Assembly (NCBI RefSeq): GCF_006345805.1
Contig: NW_021827802.1
Span: forward strand, 1 to 9,925
Reading direction: 5' to 3'
DNA length: 9,925 nt
Source: Octopus sinensis
Taxonomy: Eukaryota
Below, in pieces: positions 7,650 through 9,925 of this stretch. Both the position numbers and the translations under genes were made by a program. A model generated the notes under the pieces. It was not told the DNA's origin, searched no databases, and saw only the letters and a list, made by a program, of their open reading frames with translations. Every line of letters starts with the position of its first letter. Within the stretch, counting starts at the first letter, position 1.

Positions 7650-7838
7650 CAAATCAAATACAGACATGAAACGATTTAAATTATATTTTTCTATGGAAAC
7701 GAACCCTTTTTTTTTGCCAATTCTTGAAGATAGGACTAGTGCCATGCTATTGGTGCAGTTTGTCTTTGATTCTTGTTAGCTCAAGGTCAGTTAACCATTA
7801 CGAAACAGCTGTATAATCAAGGAAGTTTCATTCGTGGT

Positions 7839-7891
7839 ATTCCCTCCATTCTTGTCCCTCAGAAATTGCGAGGGAGAGGAATGGTGGGAAT
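7839..7891. other. 22-bp imperfect hairpin with 9-nt loop
   Basis: ATTCCCTCCATTCTTGTCCCTC (7839-7860) pairs with GAGGGAGAGGAATGGTGGGAAT (7870-7891): 19 Watson-Crick pairs, 1 G-U and 2 mismatches on the plus strand. Confidence 0.7.
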
Positions 7892-8050
7892 TGCTCTTCT
7901 TTATCTAACCCGGCAGGGTGCGATTGCTAAGATTTGAGGGCTGTTGTGATTTATTTCTAGCATATCCAATTGTCATGTAGACTTCAATAACACTAAATTT
8001 TTCTTGTTGCTATCATTACTCCTGCTGTTCAAGATTATAATTATTATCCA

Positions 8051-8101
<51 letters not shown>
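8051..8101. repeat. (ACT)n microsatellite
   Basis: Direct inspection; source of the poly-Leu in ORF 8004-8231. Confidence 0.97.
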
Positions 8102-8102
<1 letters not shown>

Positions 8103-8465
8103 TTTCTTCTTGCTGCTAAAGTGGTTGTTATTGCCCTTGCAAGTCACGAGGTTATCCTCCATCTTCGTACTTTTGAGGTGACATTTGTCGTCATAACGTT
8201 ATTACATTTCTACAGCTGTAGTTGTTTTTGAAATTGTTGCTGGTGTTATTGTTCTCGTTGCCGTTATCTGGCTTACAGCTATTGTTACATTGGCTAGTAG
8301 CTGCGAGTTGGTGGACCACAAGAAGTGCGTGTGTATGTGGAATGTGAGTGCGTGTTTCAGTGGAAGACGATTTCACACTTACAGTGGTCTTGGCAATATT
8401 TCTTCTCTCGAAACCTGATATTCTTATGTTAATAGTAGCCACATGCTGTGCCTGGTATTTGTAGA

Positions 8466-8520
8466 GCACGCACGCACGCACACACACACACACCACACAC
8501 ACACACACACACACGTATAC
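8466..8520. repeat. (GCAC)/(CA)n microsatellite
   Basis: Direct inspection. Confidence 0.9.
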
Positions 8521-8810
8521 ACAGGTTTACAAGCATAAAAGGACACATACAAACACAAAAATTACGTGTATGTGGAGAGAGTTGAACGACAAAATGAGAA
8601 ATATATGTGCGTGTGTTACACACACATACGCACATATATGTGGAAAAACAAAAAAACAAGAAGCCGTCAATGAAATATATGAAGTTTCATTTGTTTTTCT
8701 CTACAGCTGTTTCCATAATTGTAGTGAAAACACCAATTATATAATTATTGCAAAATTGTACTTATTAAAATGAATTCGATTAGGTAGTGATTTCCAGCAC
8801 ATAAGCACTA

Positions 8811-8814
<4 letters not shown>

Positions 8815-8857
<43 letters not shown>

Positions 8858-8895
8858 ACCCATCCGTCCGTCCGTCTGTCTGTCTATCTACCTCC

Positions 8896-8933
<38 letters not shown>

Positions 8934-8980
8934 CTCTCTCTCTATATATATATATATATACACATACATACATACATACG
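8815..8980. repeat. compound microsatellite (CT)(CTAT)(CCGT)(CTGT)(CTAT)(CT)(AT)(ACAT)
   Basis: Direct inspection. Confidence 0.95.
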
Positions 8981-9298
8981 CACGTGTTCTCTACATCATC
9001 TCTCTTGTTATATATTATATATAGGGTGAGAGATGATGAGGATTATGATGTAGAGAACATTGTGTGAGACTACGGTGAATAGAGATTGTAACAGCGTTGA
9101 TTCCCAAGCGTAACTATTTCACTTCACTTTCCCCTCATTAAATATCCACAAGAGCGATGAAAGACTTCCCATATGACCTTCACAGACCCCCTCCGACAAA
9201 TATTCACAAGTGAACCAATATGTAGAGTATATATATACACACATATACACGCGTACTTGCACATATCCAAATGTACATACATGCACATACGTAGATAA

Positions 9299-9352
9299 AC
9301 ACACACACACACACACACACATACACACACGCACATATATATATATATATAT
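9299..9352. repeat. (AC)n-(AT)n microsatellite
   Basis: Direct inspection. Confidence 0.9.
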
Positions 9353-9485
9353 AATTAATTAAGGGTAGAAATTGATATTTATCAATTAAAACCAGTGGTC
9401 TAGCATATTAAAAAAGAATCCGAAGATTAAAATATTTATATATACCCCTTAATAGTCCTTATTTGGTATATACAGTCCTTAATGG

Positions 9486-9522
<37 letters not shown>

Positions 9523-9925
9523 GATATATACACGCAAAAATACATACACATACACACATGATGGAAATCGACTCAAAGACATCAGGGTCGCCGAAAGTGC
9601 ACATGGTGCCGCTGGAAATGCAGCACTATACAGGAACTGATTCCACAGAGGCGATTCTTAATGAAGAATTGATAACATTCTCCGGAGCCCTAGCAGCGTC
9701 TCTGGACTCACTTCTGCTGCTTTTAATTAAACCCTAACCATTCTATGAGCACGGCTTCTTACCTAATTAGCCGCACACCGAAGCTTATTGTTTGGGGGTC
9801 AGTTGAATATATATATCCGCCAATATATATATCCTAAATTAATTTTAAGATAATTCAACGCAAGTGGGCCAGATAAGTTAATTAGCAACACATGTGTATG
9901 AAGAAAATAAACAACAATATCTATA

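Noticed and set aside
8216-8343. Possible plus-strand exon (CAG acceptor, GTGAGT donor) encoding a hydrophobic, TM-like stretch
   Set aside because: The Val/Ile richness is expected from degenerate (GTT)n sequence, and its phase-1 start does not join the 3068-3163 exon directly. Not supportable without RNA data.
9731-9739. Telomere-like ACCCTAACC
   Set aside because: A single unit; CCCTAACC also occurs within the SINE heads and is expected by chance.

Overview
Eukaryotic, AT-rich, microsatellite-dense, largely non-coding DNA. The SINE and repeat families look like those I associate with octopus (coleoid cephalopod) genomes; this is from recall, not a database search. No complete gene is present, and almost all listed ORFs are translations of microsatellites or SINEs. 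Content: six clear tRNA-derived SINE copies from 3-4 families (all on the minus strand, several with target-site duplications, TSDs), a mariner-derived MITE, two (TAA)n-bounded retroelement fragments in tandem, a Penelope-like fragment carrying a minimal hammerhead ribozyme core (2321-2355, minus), and one plausible 96-nt internal coding exon (3068-3163, plus). The most unusual structures are a double fold-back A-(AT)n-A'B'-(AT)n-B at 2688-2910 and a 383-bp inverted copy of nearby sequence inserted into a TSD-flanked SINE (4388-4772 vs 5268-5650). Either could be a real DNA-repair scar or an assembly artefact.
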